A stretch of DNA of 64,000 bases, taken from contig NC_042997.1 of the NCBI RefSeq assembly GCF_006345805.1, positions 205,344,001-205,408,000 of the forward strand, written 5' to 3'. The stretch comes from Octopus sinensis (Eukaryota). Below, one piece after another: positions 11,853-23,819 of this stretch. Within the stretch, counting starts at the first letter, position 1. Each line of letters begins with the position of its first letter. The position numbers were made by a program, and so were the translations under genes. Below the pieces are notes generated by a model. It saw only the letters and a program-made list of their open reading frames with translations. It had not been told where the DNA came from and ran no database searches.

Positions 11853-12090
11853 TTTATCAACATAAAATATTTAATTGTTGAATGGGGGCCACTACTCTTT
11901 CTGACTGATGTATTGTTGTAGAGTGAAACTGCACAACCCTCTCGGCAAAAAAAAGTGGTAGAAGCCAGACATTATAAATAGCCCAGTCGCCGGTCGACAG
12001 GAAGGGGTCGAGAGTACGTGACTTCCGGTTTATGGTTGTTCAGTTGCATTCTTGGATTTGTTTGGTAGTCACGTGCGCCAATTATTATTG
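11853..12090. promoter_or_regulatory. possible promoter or non-coding first exon
   Basis: Cluster of an ETS-like ACTTCCGG, TCACGTG, CCAAT and TATAAATA in non-repeat CpG-richer DNA; minus-strand donor GTAAGT at 11847-11852. Motif evidence only. Confidence 0.25.
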
Positions 12091-12099
12091 GTGTAAATT

Positions 12100-12450
12100 T
12101 GTAATCCAGATATAAAATCTGGTGGTTTCCAAGCAGTTGTCCATAGTTATTATTTCTCTCTGGTTTTTAAAGAGATATTCACATCAGCAGGACAGCTGAC
12201 CTCTATGAGGGTACATACCTTTTCTTGTTCTCCAGGCACAATATTTTTAAAAGGCGGCGAGCTGGCAGAACCGTTAGCACGCCGGGCGAAATGCGTAGCC
12301 GTATTTCGTCTGCCGTTACGTTCTGAGTTCAAATTCCGCCGAGGTCGATAAATTAAGTACCAGTTACGCACTGGGGTCGATGTAATCGACTTAATCCGTT
12401 TGTCTGTCCTTGTTTGTTCCCTCTGTGTTTAGCCCCTTGTGGGTAGTAAA
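12100..12450. mobile_element. R4-type endonuclease fragment (-) interrupted by a third-family SINE (+, about 12260-12450)
   Basis: EKVCTLIEVSCPADVNISLKTREK on the minus strand; SINE head GGCGGCGAGCTGGCAG...GAGTTCAAATTCC on the plus strand. Confidence 0.65.
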
Positions 12451-13234
12451 GAAATATATTTCTATTGGAGAATCAGCGTTAAGCAATGATGAGGAAAAGG
12501 CGAACTTTACGTTCATAAAAATATGTCTGGAACATATTTTGACTTCTGAAGGAAAATTCACTGCGGTTACTAATAGAGAGAAATCCCTACTTATAGCTAA
12601 AGGTATAAGCGTCAATACTACTGTATTTATTCTGCCCATGTGGTGCGTGAGTGCAATTGGTCACTATTTGAAGATGAAGCTACGACTTGGGAATTTATCC
12701 AGAGTTGCCTCTCCTTGGTGTCTCCTACTGAGGAAGTCTAAGGAGCCAGAAACACGCCTGGCAGTCTGCTAAGGGAAGCAGATACTGAGCAGATATGGTG
12801 TTTTTACACCTTTTGCCATAAGCGACAAATTTTCTTTTTCTTCGCGGTAATTGCAATGAATTTGCCTTTAGATGTTAAAATACATCACGCACATATTTTA
12901 ACTAACATACTACTACTACTACAACTACTACCACTTCTAGTAGTAATGGTAGTAGTATACAGCTTCTGCTGCCACTGTATTCATTCTAAAAGCAATGCGA
13001 AAGGAAAAGAGAAAGAATAAGTGAAGAAATAAGTAAAAACTAAATACCCAACTATCAAAACTCTACACCAGCATACAAGCTATAAGCACCCAACTAGAAC
13101 GACTGGTCTGGGCAAAAAAAAACAACACCACCACAATCTGCATATATATATGTGTGTGTGTGTAAAAATACAAACTGGGACAAGAACGCAAAACATTTAG
13201 GAGACGAAACAAAAAACACAGACGAGACATTCGA

Positions 13235-13300
13235 AGCCTTCAATCTTCAGTCAAGAACTGGATCATCCTCGCAATTTCAGCTGATTAATCTTGAGATTGC
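13235..13300 (-). ncRNA. candidate non-circularly permuted hammerhead ribozyme (variant 2)
   Basis: gcaa-UC-ucaaga...agcu-GAAA-uugc...ucuuga-CUGAAGA-uugaa-ggcu; P1 6 bp and P3 4 bp perfect, P2 weaker. Confidence 0.55.
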
Positions 13301-13781
13301 TCCAATCTGGCCAGCCCTAAGGAAAAACTAAGCTAAGCGCATTAGATTCCTTGGATGAAAGCTTCGAATGTATACAAAACAAGGATGTAAAAATGGACGA
13401 TTTTACACGAATAAGAATACAAAAATGATACGTTAAAACAATAATAATAATAATACGTAGAAACAATGATAATAATAAAATAACAATAACAGGACATCAT
13501 ATATATATACATATATATAACAATATAATAAATAAATAAAATATATGCATATATACATACATATATGTACATACTTACATCTACATGTATATATACATAC
13601 ATATATGTACATACTTACATCTACATGTATATATACAAGCATATATATATATATATGAGTACAGGACACCACAAATAAACGTAGAACACAACGAGAAACG
13701 AAAACATAAAATCAAACAAGGAAACGGACTTATTTTAACAACGAAAAATCAGCGTACAGGACAAACAATACAAGGAAAATT

Positions 13782-13843
13782 CCCCTTCATCAGCTGCCCA
13801 TGGTTCGACTCAATGCGTGTTTCGAAGGTAAGGGCAGAACACG
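13782..13843 (-). ncRNA. candidate non-circularly permuted hammerhead ribozyme (variant 1, inverted copy)
   Basis: Reverse complement of 14400-14461, identical over the motif. Confidence 0.6.
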
Positions 13844-14399
13844 GCCAGGCTGAAGCAGTCCTTCCTGCAAAAGGAATTAAATAAAATTCTTTTGCAGAGG
13901 GGTAAACAAGTGACAAGAACAGGACCTCCAAGTAAGTTTTTATTTGAATAATCATGACACGCACTCTTACTCTTTACTTCACCTTTCCTCCCTGCCTGTC
14001 TGTCTTCCTCTCTACTTGTCTCTCTCCTTCTTATTTTTCACCCTTTCTGGTTTCTTCCTCCCTCTCTCTCTCTCTCCTCCTCCTCCTCTCTCTGGTTCGT
14101 TGACTAGAGCGCTACTAAAAACTTTCTTTCAGCTCTGTGCCTTCAACAAGCATAGATCAACCTCCCTGTCTTTCGCAAGCCGATTTTTCACATGCGTTTT
14201 AACTAATTTTTCCACCGTCTAGGCCTAAAAAAGCACTTTTTGTTGGTTCCCTGTCCTGTTATTCCTTATTTGTACTGTTTTTTCTACTGTTTTTTTCTTT
14301 ATTTGTATTGCTTTTACGTCTTGTTCTTGTCACTTGTTTACCCCTCTGCAAAAGAATTTTATTTAATTCCTTTTGCAAGAAGGACTGCTTCGGCTTGGC

Positions 14400-14461
14400 C
14401 GTGTTCTGCCCTTACCTTCGAAACACGCATTGAGTCGAACCATGGGCAGCTGATGAAGGGG
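14400..14461 (+). ncRNA. candidate non-circularly permuted hammerhead ribozyme (variant 1)
   Basis: cgug-UU-cugccc-uuac-cuuc-GAAA-cacg-(16 nt)-gggcag-CUGAUGA-a-gggg; all core nucleotides are flanked by complementary strands. Confidence 0.6.
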
Positions 14462-14772
14462 AATTTTCCTTGTATTGTTTGTCCTGTACGCTGTTTTTTC
14501 GTTGTTAAAAAAAGTCTGTTTCCTTGTTTGATTTTATATTTTCGTTTCTCGTTGTGTTCTATGTTTATTTGTGGTGTCCTGTACTCATATATATATATAT
14601 ATATATATATGCTTGTATATATACAAGTAGATGTAAGTATGTACATATATGTATGTATATATGCATATATTTTATTTATTTATTATATTGTTATTATATG
14701 ACTGAACGCACGCGTCGTTTCTCTTCTTCAAGTAAGTTTTTATATACATATATATATGTGTGTATATATATA

Positions 14773-15910
14773 CTACCAGAGATACCCGGCTTTACTCATG
14801 ATTAAAATGCCATAGTTTGTATATAATATATTACAGTTATGTTGAAACAGGTGATATGGGAAAGTGCAGCATTGACAACACAACATTTGTGGAGTAAATG
14901 ATGGGTTAATTCAACTAAGCAACATGCTATGCGTCCGTTTGGAGTATTTCAGGCCCTAACCTGTGGGAGTTATGTGATTTTGGAATGCACTGAAAAGCTG
15001 TCAGTGGATATACTCTCTTTTACAGGGGTCGGCGATGTGTCTAACACGACCCATCACCTGAAATGTTGACACCTCCTTCGGGTTTGTTGTCCTACGTTAC
15101 TCATAAAGTAAATTTGGAGGAACTATGGTTGTTCATTTGTGGGTACCAGGGAACCAATGAGGTAATAGACTTGCCCTTGAACTTTGACCTCGTTGTAAAT
15201 TCATGTTTAGCTATCTTCTTAGACGCACCAAACGATGTCATTTGAAATGTAGAGTTTATTGCCTGATATTGTTCGGAAAATCCTTTGACTGGATGGAAAT
15301 GCCTTCTAGAAGATCCATAAGAGGTTGAGAAGGAGCTGGTATAGTGCTGGCAATGTTACCTGACAACCTGAGCAGCACATACCATTTGTTTCATTTGAAA
15401 ATTTTAAAGCTCTACAGAAAAGACAATTTGTGTTTAGCACACCAATTTGGACAGAGTTATTATTTTTATAAGAATGGGATGGATCATATCTGAAAACAGC
15501 TTCAGGAGTTATAAAGAACAAATTTGTCTGTAGCCTGTTTCCGAGAGCTATTCTATTGAACTTCTGTCTAATCATTAATTTAATGATCCAGCATTAAGTG
15601 CTGCAACATGTATTTGCTGATGTTGAGAAAATCTCATCTAGTTTCTTCAGACTCTCGCCTTCGGTTTTCTACAATCCTCCTTGCTTTATACTTGTTTCTG
15701 GAGTGATTACGTATTTTCTTTGATGGCATATTTTTTCCAATATCATAAACAAAATATTATGAAAATAGAAAGAAATTATACATTAATCCTTATTTTCGTA
15801 AGCAATTGTATCCGTAATAATTTTATTTGATGAGAGCAGAAATTAGAAGAGAAAGCGAAAAGAACAGAAAGAAATTGAAAGTTGTATGTACGTCTATATG
15901 AAATGGATGT

Positions 15911-15947
<37 letters not shown>

Positions 15948-16225
15948 AGACATAGAGTGAGTGAATGACAGTGTATGTCGTGATGATTGATGTCTTTTAA
16001 GGTACACACACATATAGAAAATGTGACGTCATCGTATAAAATGTTTACAATAGTTGATTTATGGAAAAGATTATGTTAAATTTTTGAAATGCAAATATGT
16101 GAATGGAAATTAAGTTAAATTCGTAGCCGAAATAGTACTGAATCTTTTGGTACCCCATACGTCAAAATCTGTAACTCATTATTGGAATGCGTAAAGAATA
16201 TGTATGTATATATATATATATGAGA
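14773..16225 (-). mobile_element. internally deleted, degraded Helitron
   Basis: Rep N-terminal motifs FCRALKFSNETNGMCCSG.QVTLP and QGQVYYLIGSL...FLQIYF; 3' end GAGTAAAGCCGGGTATCTCTGGTAG resembles the hairpin-CTAG end at 56661-56690; embedded in (TA)n. The 5' boundary is approximate. Confidence 0.75.
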
Positions 16226-16279
16226 AATATATATATATATATATACAAAATAAATAAATATAAATATAAATATAAACTA

Positions 16280-16407
16280 CATCTTACAGGTGTTTCAGCC
16301 ATGCAGATATGGGTATCTCATTATGCTCATATTAGACAGGTGTGATAAGTTAATATGTGGTTATAAATGAGACACTTACAAAAATATCCCAAGGCCTCTT
16401 CAGGGAT
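16280..16407 (-). ncRNA. possible decayed type-I hammerhead with about 90-nt loop II
   Basis: aucc-CUGAAGA-ggcc...ggcu-GAAA-caccug-UA-agau; one mismatch in P1 and a CpG-type change at 11.1. Confidence 0.35.
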
Positions 16408-16559
16408 TATAAAGTACAAACTAAACTAAATATGAATATCAGAGGAGGTACACCCATACAAGAGTGGGTACATACCCATAATATATAATATACACATACA
16501 TATGAGTGCATATACCCATACTCCTATATACGGCAGATGCTCAGGAGCAATAATCTCTG

Positions 16560-17895
16560 AAAATCTGCAGAAAACAACTTCCGTCACTTTCCAGGTGAAA
16601 AAACTAGAAGTAGTTGATAGCTTCCGTTATCTAGGTGACCAAGTCAGTAGTGGGGGTGGGTGCATTGAAAGTGTAACTGCTAGAGTAAGAATAGCCTCGG
16701 CAAAGTTTAGGGAGCTCTTACCTCTGCTGGTGACTAAAGGCCTCTCGCTCAGAGTAAAAGGCAGACTATATGATGCATGTGTACGAACAGCTATGCTACA
16801 TGGCAGTGAAACATGGGCCGTGACTGCTGAGGACATGCGTAAGCTCGCGAGGAATGAAGCCAGTATGCTCCGATGGATATGTAATGTCAGCATGCATACT
16901 CAACAGAGCGTTAGTACCCTGAGAGAAATGTTGGACCTAAGAAGCATCAGTTGTGGTGTGCAAGAGAGACAATTGCGCTGGTATGGTCATGTGGCGAGAA
17001 TGGATGAAGATAGGTGTGTGAAAAAGTGCCAATCCCTAGCAGTTGAGGGAACCCGTGGAAGAGGTAGACCCAGGAAAACCTGGGACGAGGTGGTGAAGCA
17101 TGACCTTCGAAGCTTGGGTCTCACTGAGGAAATGACCGGCGACCGAGAGCTTTGGAAATATGCTGTGCGTGAGAAGACCAGGCAGGACAAGTGAGTCCAG
17201 CCCACTTATGCATGTCTTTCCTCCCTTGGACACACAAAGACCTGTTGAGGCAAGCGAAGTCAATATCGAACCTCATCCAACGACAGGCACCTATGGCAAC
17301 CCCCCTTGCTTGCGAAGACCTGTTGGGGCAAGTGAAATCGAAATCGAACCAATCCTATGACTAGCACCCGGCAGATGCCAGGGCCCTGCGACTGGAGGTA
17401 CATAAAAAGCACTATCTGAATTGTGGCCGATGCCAGCGCCGCCTCGTCTGGCTTCTGTGCCGGTGACACGTAAAAAGCACCATCCGAATCGTAGCCGAAG
17501 CCAGTGCCGCCTCGGCTGGCTTCCATAAAATGCACCATCCGAATTGTGGACGATGCCAGCGCCACTTCGACTGGCTTCCGTGTCGGTGGCACGTAAAAAG
17601 CACCATCCGAATCGTAGCCGAAGCCAGTGCCGCCTCAACTGGCTTCCATAAAATGCACCAATCCGACCGTGGCCGATGCCAGCCTCGCCTGGCACCAATG
17701 CAGGTGGCATGTAAAAAGCACCCACTACACTCACAGAGTGGTTGGCGTTAGGAAGGGCATCCAGCTGTAGAAACATTGCCAGATAAGACCGGAGCCTGGT
17801 GCAGCCTTCTGGCTTCCCAGATCCCCGGTCGAACCGTCCAACCCATGCTAGCATGGAGAACGGACGTTAAACAATGATGATGATGATGATGATGA
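16560..17895 (+). mobile_element. RTE-clade LINE, 5'-truncated, with tandemly repeated 3' UTR and (GAT)n tail
   Basis: ORF 16502-17194: VDSFRYLG...RLYDACVRTAMLHGSETW...LRWYGHVARM...GRGRPRKTW; tail contains the palindrome CCATGCTAGCATGG. Confidence 0.9.
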
Positions 17896-18215
17896 ATATA
17901 CATACATATGTTCTATATTCAAGGTTACAGTTGGTCAAAACAATATATTAGAATATTACAATATACAAACATACACATATCTATATTCAAAGGCACACAT
18001 ACAAAGTCAAGAGTTCATTATATTAAGTTACAAAATGCCATAATATTATCATCATTATAAACAGGAGCGGTTTCTACACAAAATTACTATCTGTGCAGTC
18101 CAGACAATCTCAGAAATGTAATAGTAAGAATAAAATGAAAACAACTGGGCCTTAGAAGGCCAAAAAGATTACAAACAGTATTTCAACTTACGGAGCTTCA
18201 AATTTCCATGAAAGC

Positions 18216-18247
<32 letters not shown>

Positions 18248-18278
18248 TAATAATAATGATAATAATAATAATAATAAT

Positions 18279-19364
18279 ACCTACTTCAGAAGGAAGGAAA
18301 ACTGATCCAGATAGCAGCAAAACACGAGCAAAACAAAAAACTGTTCTCAGTATTAAAGGAAGCTGACAAATACAAACAAGAAATCATACCACCTAATAAA
18401 CACAAAGAAGAAGAAGAAGATGATGAAGAAACAACAAAAGCTATAAAACAAATGAAATCCAAACTAAAAATAGAACAGCAACGAGCCATGATAAAACAAT
18501 GGCAAGAAAAGCCCCTTCATGGTAAATACTGCACTAAACTAAACGCAAAAGAAATAGACAAAGAAAAATCCTAGCAATGGTTGAGAAGCTCAGGACTCAA
18601 AGCAGAAACAGAGGGATTTTTAATTGCAGCACAAGACCAAAGCCTCCCCACCAGAAATTACCAAAAACATGTAATGAAAAGAAATATTACAAGTAACTGC
18701 AGAATATGTGGAGATGGACAAGAAACAATAAATCATATTATCTCTAGCTGCCCAGTCCTGGCTAAGAAGGAATATATTCACAGACATGACAGAGTTGGAA
18801 CCTACATACATTGGAAGCTATGCCAACATTATGGAATAACAACAGAAAAAAGATGGTATAGGCACACACCAGAAAAGGTCACAGAAAACGAGAAAGCAAC
18901 CATACTCTGGGATATGCCGATACACACAGATAGAGAAATTAAGGCCAACAGACCAGATATAGTTGTCAGAGATCATGAAGAAAAAAAATGCTTTCTAATT
19001 GATGTATCAATACCGGCAGATGACAACGTGTCTCTAAAAGAAATGGAGAAACTCTCAAAATACAAAGACCTGGAAATAGAGGTAACTAGAATGTGGAACC
19101 TGAAAACAGAAACAATTCCTATCATAGTAGGTGCATTAGGCATGATAAAAAAATATTCAGACAAATACATAACAAAAACACCAGGACTTACAAACACATA
19201 TAACATACAGAAAATTGCACTACTAGGCACTGCACACATCCTACGCAGAACACTTTCCATACAATAACCATCAGAGCATCACAACAAATCACAGCACATA
19301 CCCAAGGCACACAGAGCTGTGCTCGGTAGTGAAGTGAAAGCACGCTATAAAAATAAAACTACTG
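18279..19364 (+). mobile_element. R4/Dong-type retrotransposon 3' portion
   Basis: ORF 18581-19267 with CRICGDGQETINHIISSC, RHD and NRPDIVVRD...FLIDVSIP...KLSKYKDL; (TAA)n at both ends. Confidence 0.9.
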
Positions 19365-19400
19365 AATAATAATAATAATAATAATAATATAATAATAATA

Positions 19401-20030
19401 AAGGAATTTGATAAATTAAGCAAATATAAAGACCTGAAAATTGAAATACAAAAGATGTGGCATCTTAAAGCGAGAACTATTCCTGTTATTGTAGGTACCC
19501 TAGGTATGATTAAAAGACATCTCAATAAGATTCCAGAACTGTGTCTCAGAGAAATCCAAAAGAATGTGGTGACAAGTACTGCCCACATCCTTAGATAAAC
19601 CCTATCCATTTAAATGAAGTTATTTTGGAACTGCCCTTGTCACTTCTCCCCAAGATTTCAATCATACTGTAACATCTCTTATCCTTTACTTGCCCCAGAA
19701 AACTGGGTGTGTCTTGGCAAGTGATTGTAACAAACATGCAGATTAAAAGTAAAAAATAATACTAAAAAAAAAAAAGGAAGAAAAATGAAAGGAAACGTAA
19801 ATTCTTGCCAAGAGAACCGCTTTCCGTCAAAGAAACACTGCAACAAAAATTCCAAGCAAAAGCTCAATGAATATGAAGATTTGAGAAGAGAAACAAGTTT
19901 TACAAGCAAAATAAGCTGTTCACATCCAAGCTGAAAACATTCTACAGAGGAGAAAATAACTGTTGAAGACCTCACTCCCACGGAAGAAGTTAAAAACTTT
20001 TGGAAAAATATTTGGAGAGATGAAAAGACT
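19401..20030 (+). mobile_element. further R4/Dong-type fragments (3' end 19401-19615; pre-RT region about 19800-20030)
   Basis: KLSKYKDLKIEIQKMWHLK...IVGTLG; KFYKQNKLF...EEVKNFWKNIW. Confidence 0.7.
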
Positions 20031-20039
20031 TAGAATGAT

Positions 20040-20365
20040 CTATACCTGACCCAACAATTTGATACCTCTGTAATTATTCCTATTTAATGCATCACCTTTA
20101 CCTTTGTAGCAGTTGACTATGGTGCTGCTACAGCAGTCTTTAGGTATGACTCCTTCATGTATCACCTTGTTGACTATACAAGTGACAAGACTATAGCCTA
20201 CACTGTCAAATATTTTAAGCATCCCAGTAGTGATTCCTGATGGGCCGGGGGTTTTCCCTATCTTCATACCCTTAATTGCTTTATCTACCGAGGTACTGTC
20301 AATTAGAATAGTGGTCCCTCTGTTGGTCAACATTATAAAATCAAAACTGCTGACAAATGGCACTA
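20040..20365 (-). mobile_element. RTE RT fragment
   Basis: MKIGKTPGPSGIT...YKGKGDALNRNNYRGIKLL. Confidence 0.85.
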
Positions 20366-20413
20366 ATTTCTTCCCAAATAATATTCAACAAAAGTAAAAA
20401 AAAAACAATTTAC

Positions 20414-20468
20414 CTGATTATGCAGCAGAACCATTTGCCAGAATTTCTTGGAAATATTCATTAAATTT
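20414..20468 (-). CDS. macrodomain gene, post-macro linker exon 2 (KFNEYFQEILANGSAA*), in-frame TAA at 20418-20420
   Basis: tttgtttctaacAG acceptor, GTAAAT donor, 55 nt (phase 0 to 1); paralogous to exon 33758-33803. Confidence 0.75.
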
Positions 20469-20953
20469 CTGTTAGAAACAAACAAATAATTTATCATCAC
20501 TCAATCAAAAACATAATTGATTTTCTATGTAACAGTAAAAAATTAGTCAAGATTCCATGTTGTGTCCAAACACCAGCTTAATAATGACCGATTTTGCTTA
20601 ATTCTTCATTATTTTCAAAACTGATTAAAACAAAGGAAGAACATTTCTGTTGAAACAGACTGGCTTTGAGTAAATCTCAGTGAATTACTGGTATGTCAAC
20701 AGTGCTTTACTTCAATGCTATATATACTGTCCTACAGAGTATATCTGCAGATGTGTACCCAACACTGTGGGTATAGATAAAAGGAGAAAGAAGAAAAGGA
20801 ACGGGTCCAGCCAAACAATCTTTTCCTGTCCCCAACACATATTGTATACAGAAAGTGTTTATATGACGCTCAGTTTATATACAGCTTGCTTACATCCATC
20901 TACGCATACAAAGTAGAGTATATAAATACAAGACATTCACAATAGTCTATATA

Positions 20954-22401
20954 CAGGGTGTATCAGCAAAACTGTTACACTCGCAAATTCTTAAAACTTC
21001 CCCAAACCAATAAACTAATCGATTTGCAATTTCCCATGTTTTCCAAATAAGATGTCTGGCCATATTGACACAAGTTTTTGTAAGAATCAGTGAAATATCC
21101 ATTGAGATACTTAGCTAGAACAGGCTGAAATCGTTTGTGCCAACCTCACCATGTCTTCCTTACTGATCAATGTTGAAAGGGCTAAGATCATCCAGCTCTT
21201 AAGTAATGGTACCAACATTCATTCTCTGGCTTCTATCTTCAATGTCCATTCAAGAGCCATCAAGAGAATTGTTAATAAGTTTGAGAAAGTGGGGATAGTG
21301 GAAGGAAAAAACTGGATCTGGAGGTCATATCCACAAGAGGGCTCATCATTTCAATCTGGAGCTGAAGAGATCAATCAGAACAGATCCAACTCAATCCAAA
21401 AGATGCTTAGCATATGAGAGAGGAGTTTCAGCTATGACAGTTTAAAGAGCAGTGATAAGGGACTTGAAAATGAAATCGCATGTGAGACCTATGAGGTATC
21501 TTGTTACTCCAGAACAAAATGTTAGAAGGTTGGAGAGGATCTTGAACAAAGTGAAACAATCCTGGAGTCATTTTCAGGTGCACAAGCTCTGCCAAGGTGA
21601 TGATTTTCGCCTGTACAGCCTTTGATGGTAAGAAGATGCCACTGATCATGTTTGATAAGGTTGAGAGACTGATAGGAGTTTGTTATGTTCAGGTTTTGAA
21701 AGATGTAAAGACCTGGATTCTTTGTGAATCAAGAAGCAAGAAACAAGGGAAACCCCAAATCATTAAGGACTTCAAATTTACATTCCAGCAAGATGAAGCT
21801 CCTTTTCACACAAATGCAATGGTACAAAAATTTTGGGGATAGGAACACTTGACCCCTTTCATCACCTGATTTTAACCCTTTAGACTTCAGTATCTAGAAT
21901 GAACTGGTTAGAAAAGCTTGTGAGAAGCCCCACAGTAACCTTCAAACCCTCAAAAACCCTATGATGTAGGACGTAGGAGGAAGACATTGATGAAGAATTC
22001 ATTAAGAAAGCTTGTGGTATGGTCAGGAAGTGGGGTGAGGAAGGCATTGCCAAAAGAGGAGAAACTCTTGATGCCTAAAAGATAGAATTTTGGTTAGAAT
22101 TTTCTCAGGCACTTTGAAATAAAATTTTAAGCTTCCATTTAAAATTTATTCCAATCCTTTATGAGATCTCCATCCAAAGCTATGGTTAATTATTCATGAA
22201 AATGTCATTTTCGTCCATAATCAACTTCATAACGATACTTCTGGTAAGTTTTGTGAGTAATTAACATTTTTCTTACTCAAAGTAGAGTCCAATAGCATTG
22301 GAAAAACCTCTGATAGTTTCATTAAGTTATCTTTAAGCATTCCTGAGATACAAAGGTTTAAAGCTGACTCTAAAATGTGGACAATTTTGGTTGTACACCT
22401 G
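20954..22401 (+). mobile_element. Tc1/mariner DNA transposon (probably DD37D/maT-like), transposase pseudogene
   Basis: TA|CAGGGTGTATCAGCAAAACTG and an imperfect inverted copy at about 22382-22401; HTH-like N-terminus and FTFQQDEAPFHT...PLDFSI motifs, with stops and frameshifts. Confidence 0.75.
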
Positions 22402-22799
22402 GCTCAGTGGTTACAGCATCAGACACACAATCATAAGGTAGCGAGTTTGATTCCTGTGTTGTGTTCTTGAGAAAGACACTTTATTTCACATTGTTCCAGT
22501 CACTTAGCAGTAGAAATGAGTTGCAGCATCACTTGGTGCCAACCTGTATCAGTCTTTTCTCTTGGGCATGGTATGGAAAAGAGAAACTGGTATGCATAGG
22601 CAACTGGCTCCTCTCCCACAAAACAACCTTGCCTAGACTTCTGCTTTGGAGGGAAGCTTTCTAGGTGCAATCCATGGTCATTCATGACCGAAGGATGGGG
22701 GGGGTCTTTACCCTTTTTACACAAGACTTTACATTACTTTACACATATATATAACAAAACAGACATTTGGAATATTTATTGATATTATTTAATCACCAT

Positions 22800-23600
22800 T
22801 ACGCACTTCATTTGCTAACAGGATGCCCAGAATTTTCAACTGGATAACTACAGTGAGAGGATAACTACAGCCACCTGAAGAACCATAAGAAGAGAAGGAT
22901 TAGACATACAGCTAGCCCACTCCGGCCCCTCTCTGAGAGGACACCTTGCAAAGAAATGAGCAAGGGACAGCAATCAATGCACACTAGCTAACTGCCCCGT
23001 CCATGACACAGATTTATGCCAATGGCTAAATGTTGTGTATAGAACATAATGTAACAGATGCAACAAGTTCTATGTGGGTGGCACAACAAGACTGTTACAC
23101 GGCCACATCAAAGAACATCTGAACACGAGAGCCTCCTTTTTCAGAAAACATCTAGACAGATGCCGGAATACCGGCAAAAGCATAACAGTCACAACTGAGG
23201 CCAATGAAAGAAATTTGGGTAATTTAAGAATTAAGGAAGCTATTTTCAAAGAAAGACTAGCACCCCAAATTAACAACAGGCTGGAAATTAGCAAAGAATA
23301 TATTATTTAGCTACATCTGGATGCAAGTAAGTGCATTTCTGGTAACATGCTCATGATTGCATGTATAATACATAACTTAGAAGCACCGCTGCAGATATGC
23401 CAATACACTTGAGACATAGCCGTCCTCATGCACTTCTAATGAGGAACTCCAGAAGGAGCTTCATGAGACCACTGCAGAGACACTTCCAAAAAAAAAATTC
23501 AGTAACCATTGGAGAACCGATTATAGTAGTGACTTGATCAGATCAATTTCTAGCGATATCTGAAGAAAGAATTTTTGTATTCCAAAATATTATATCAGAC
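22800..23600 (+). mobile_element. Penelope-like element 3' remnant
   Basis: CNRCNKFYVGGTTRLLHGHIKEHL...LRIKEAIF...PQINNR (GIY-YIG endonuclease); decayed minimal hammerhead gatat-CTGAAGA-a-agaat...attcc-(A)AAA-ta-TT-atatc at 23555-23596. Confidence 0.75.
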
Positions 23601-23819
23601 TATGGATAATTAAATTATAATTAGTTATTATAGTCCACTCTGCATTGTTGCGCCATTCAAGACACTTTATATTTTATAAACAATACACAACGCTTCAAGC
23701 GATCTACAATACTCTGCTATATATATATATTTCTTTACTACCCACAAGGGGCAAAACATAGAGGGGACAAACAAGGACACACAAAGGGATTAAGTCGATT
23801 ACATTGACCCCATTGCGTA

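Larger units (their letters stand above)
13140..14700. mobile_element. Penelope-type pLTR repeats in inverted arrangement (arms about 13512-13925 and 14318-14699) plus a second pLTR family at 13140-13500
   Basis: Near-identical reverse-complement arms around a pyrimidine-rich spacer of about 390 bp, each carrying hammerhead core motifs. Inverted 5' pLTRs are typical of PLEs. No coding sequence confirms the family. Confidence 0.65.

Noticed and set aside
17380-17700. Repeat-spacer-like array
   Set aside because: It is a tandemly repeated RTE 3' UTR unit, not CRISPR; there are no unique spacers and no cas genes.
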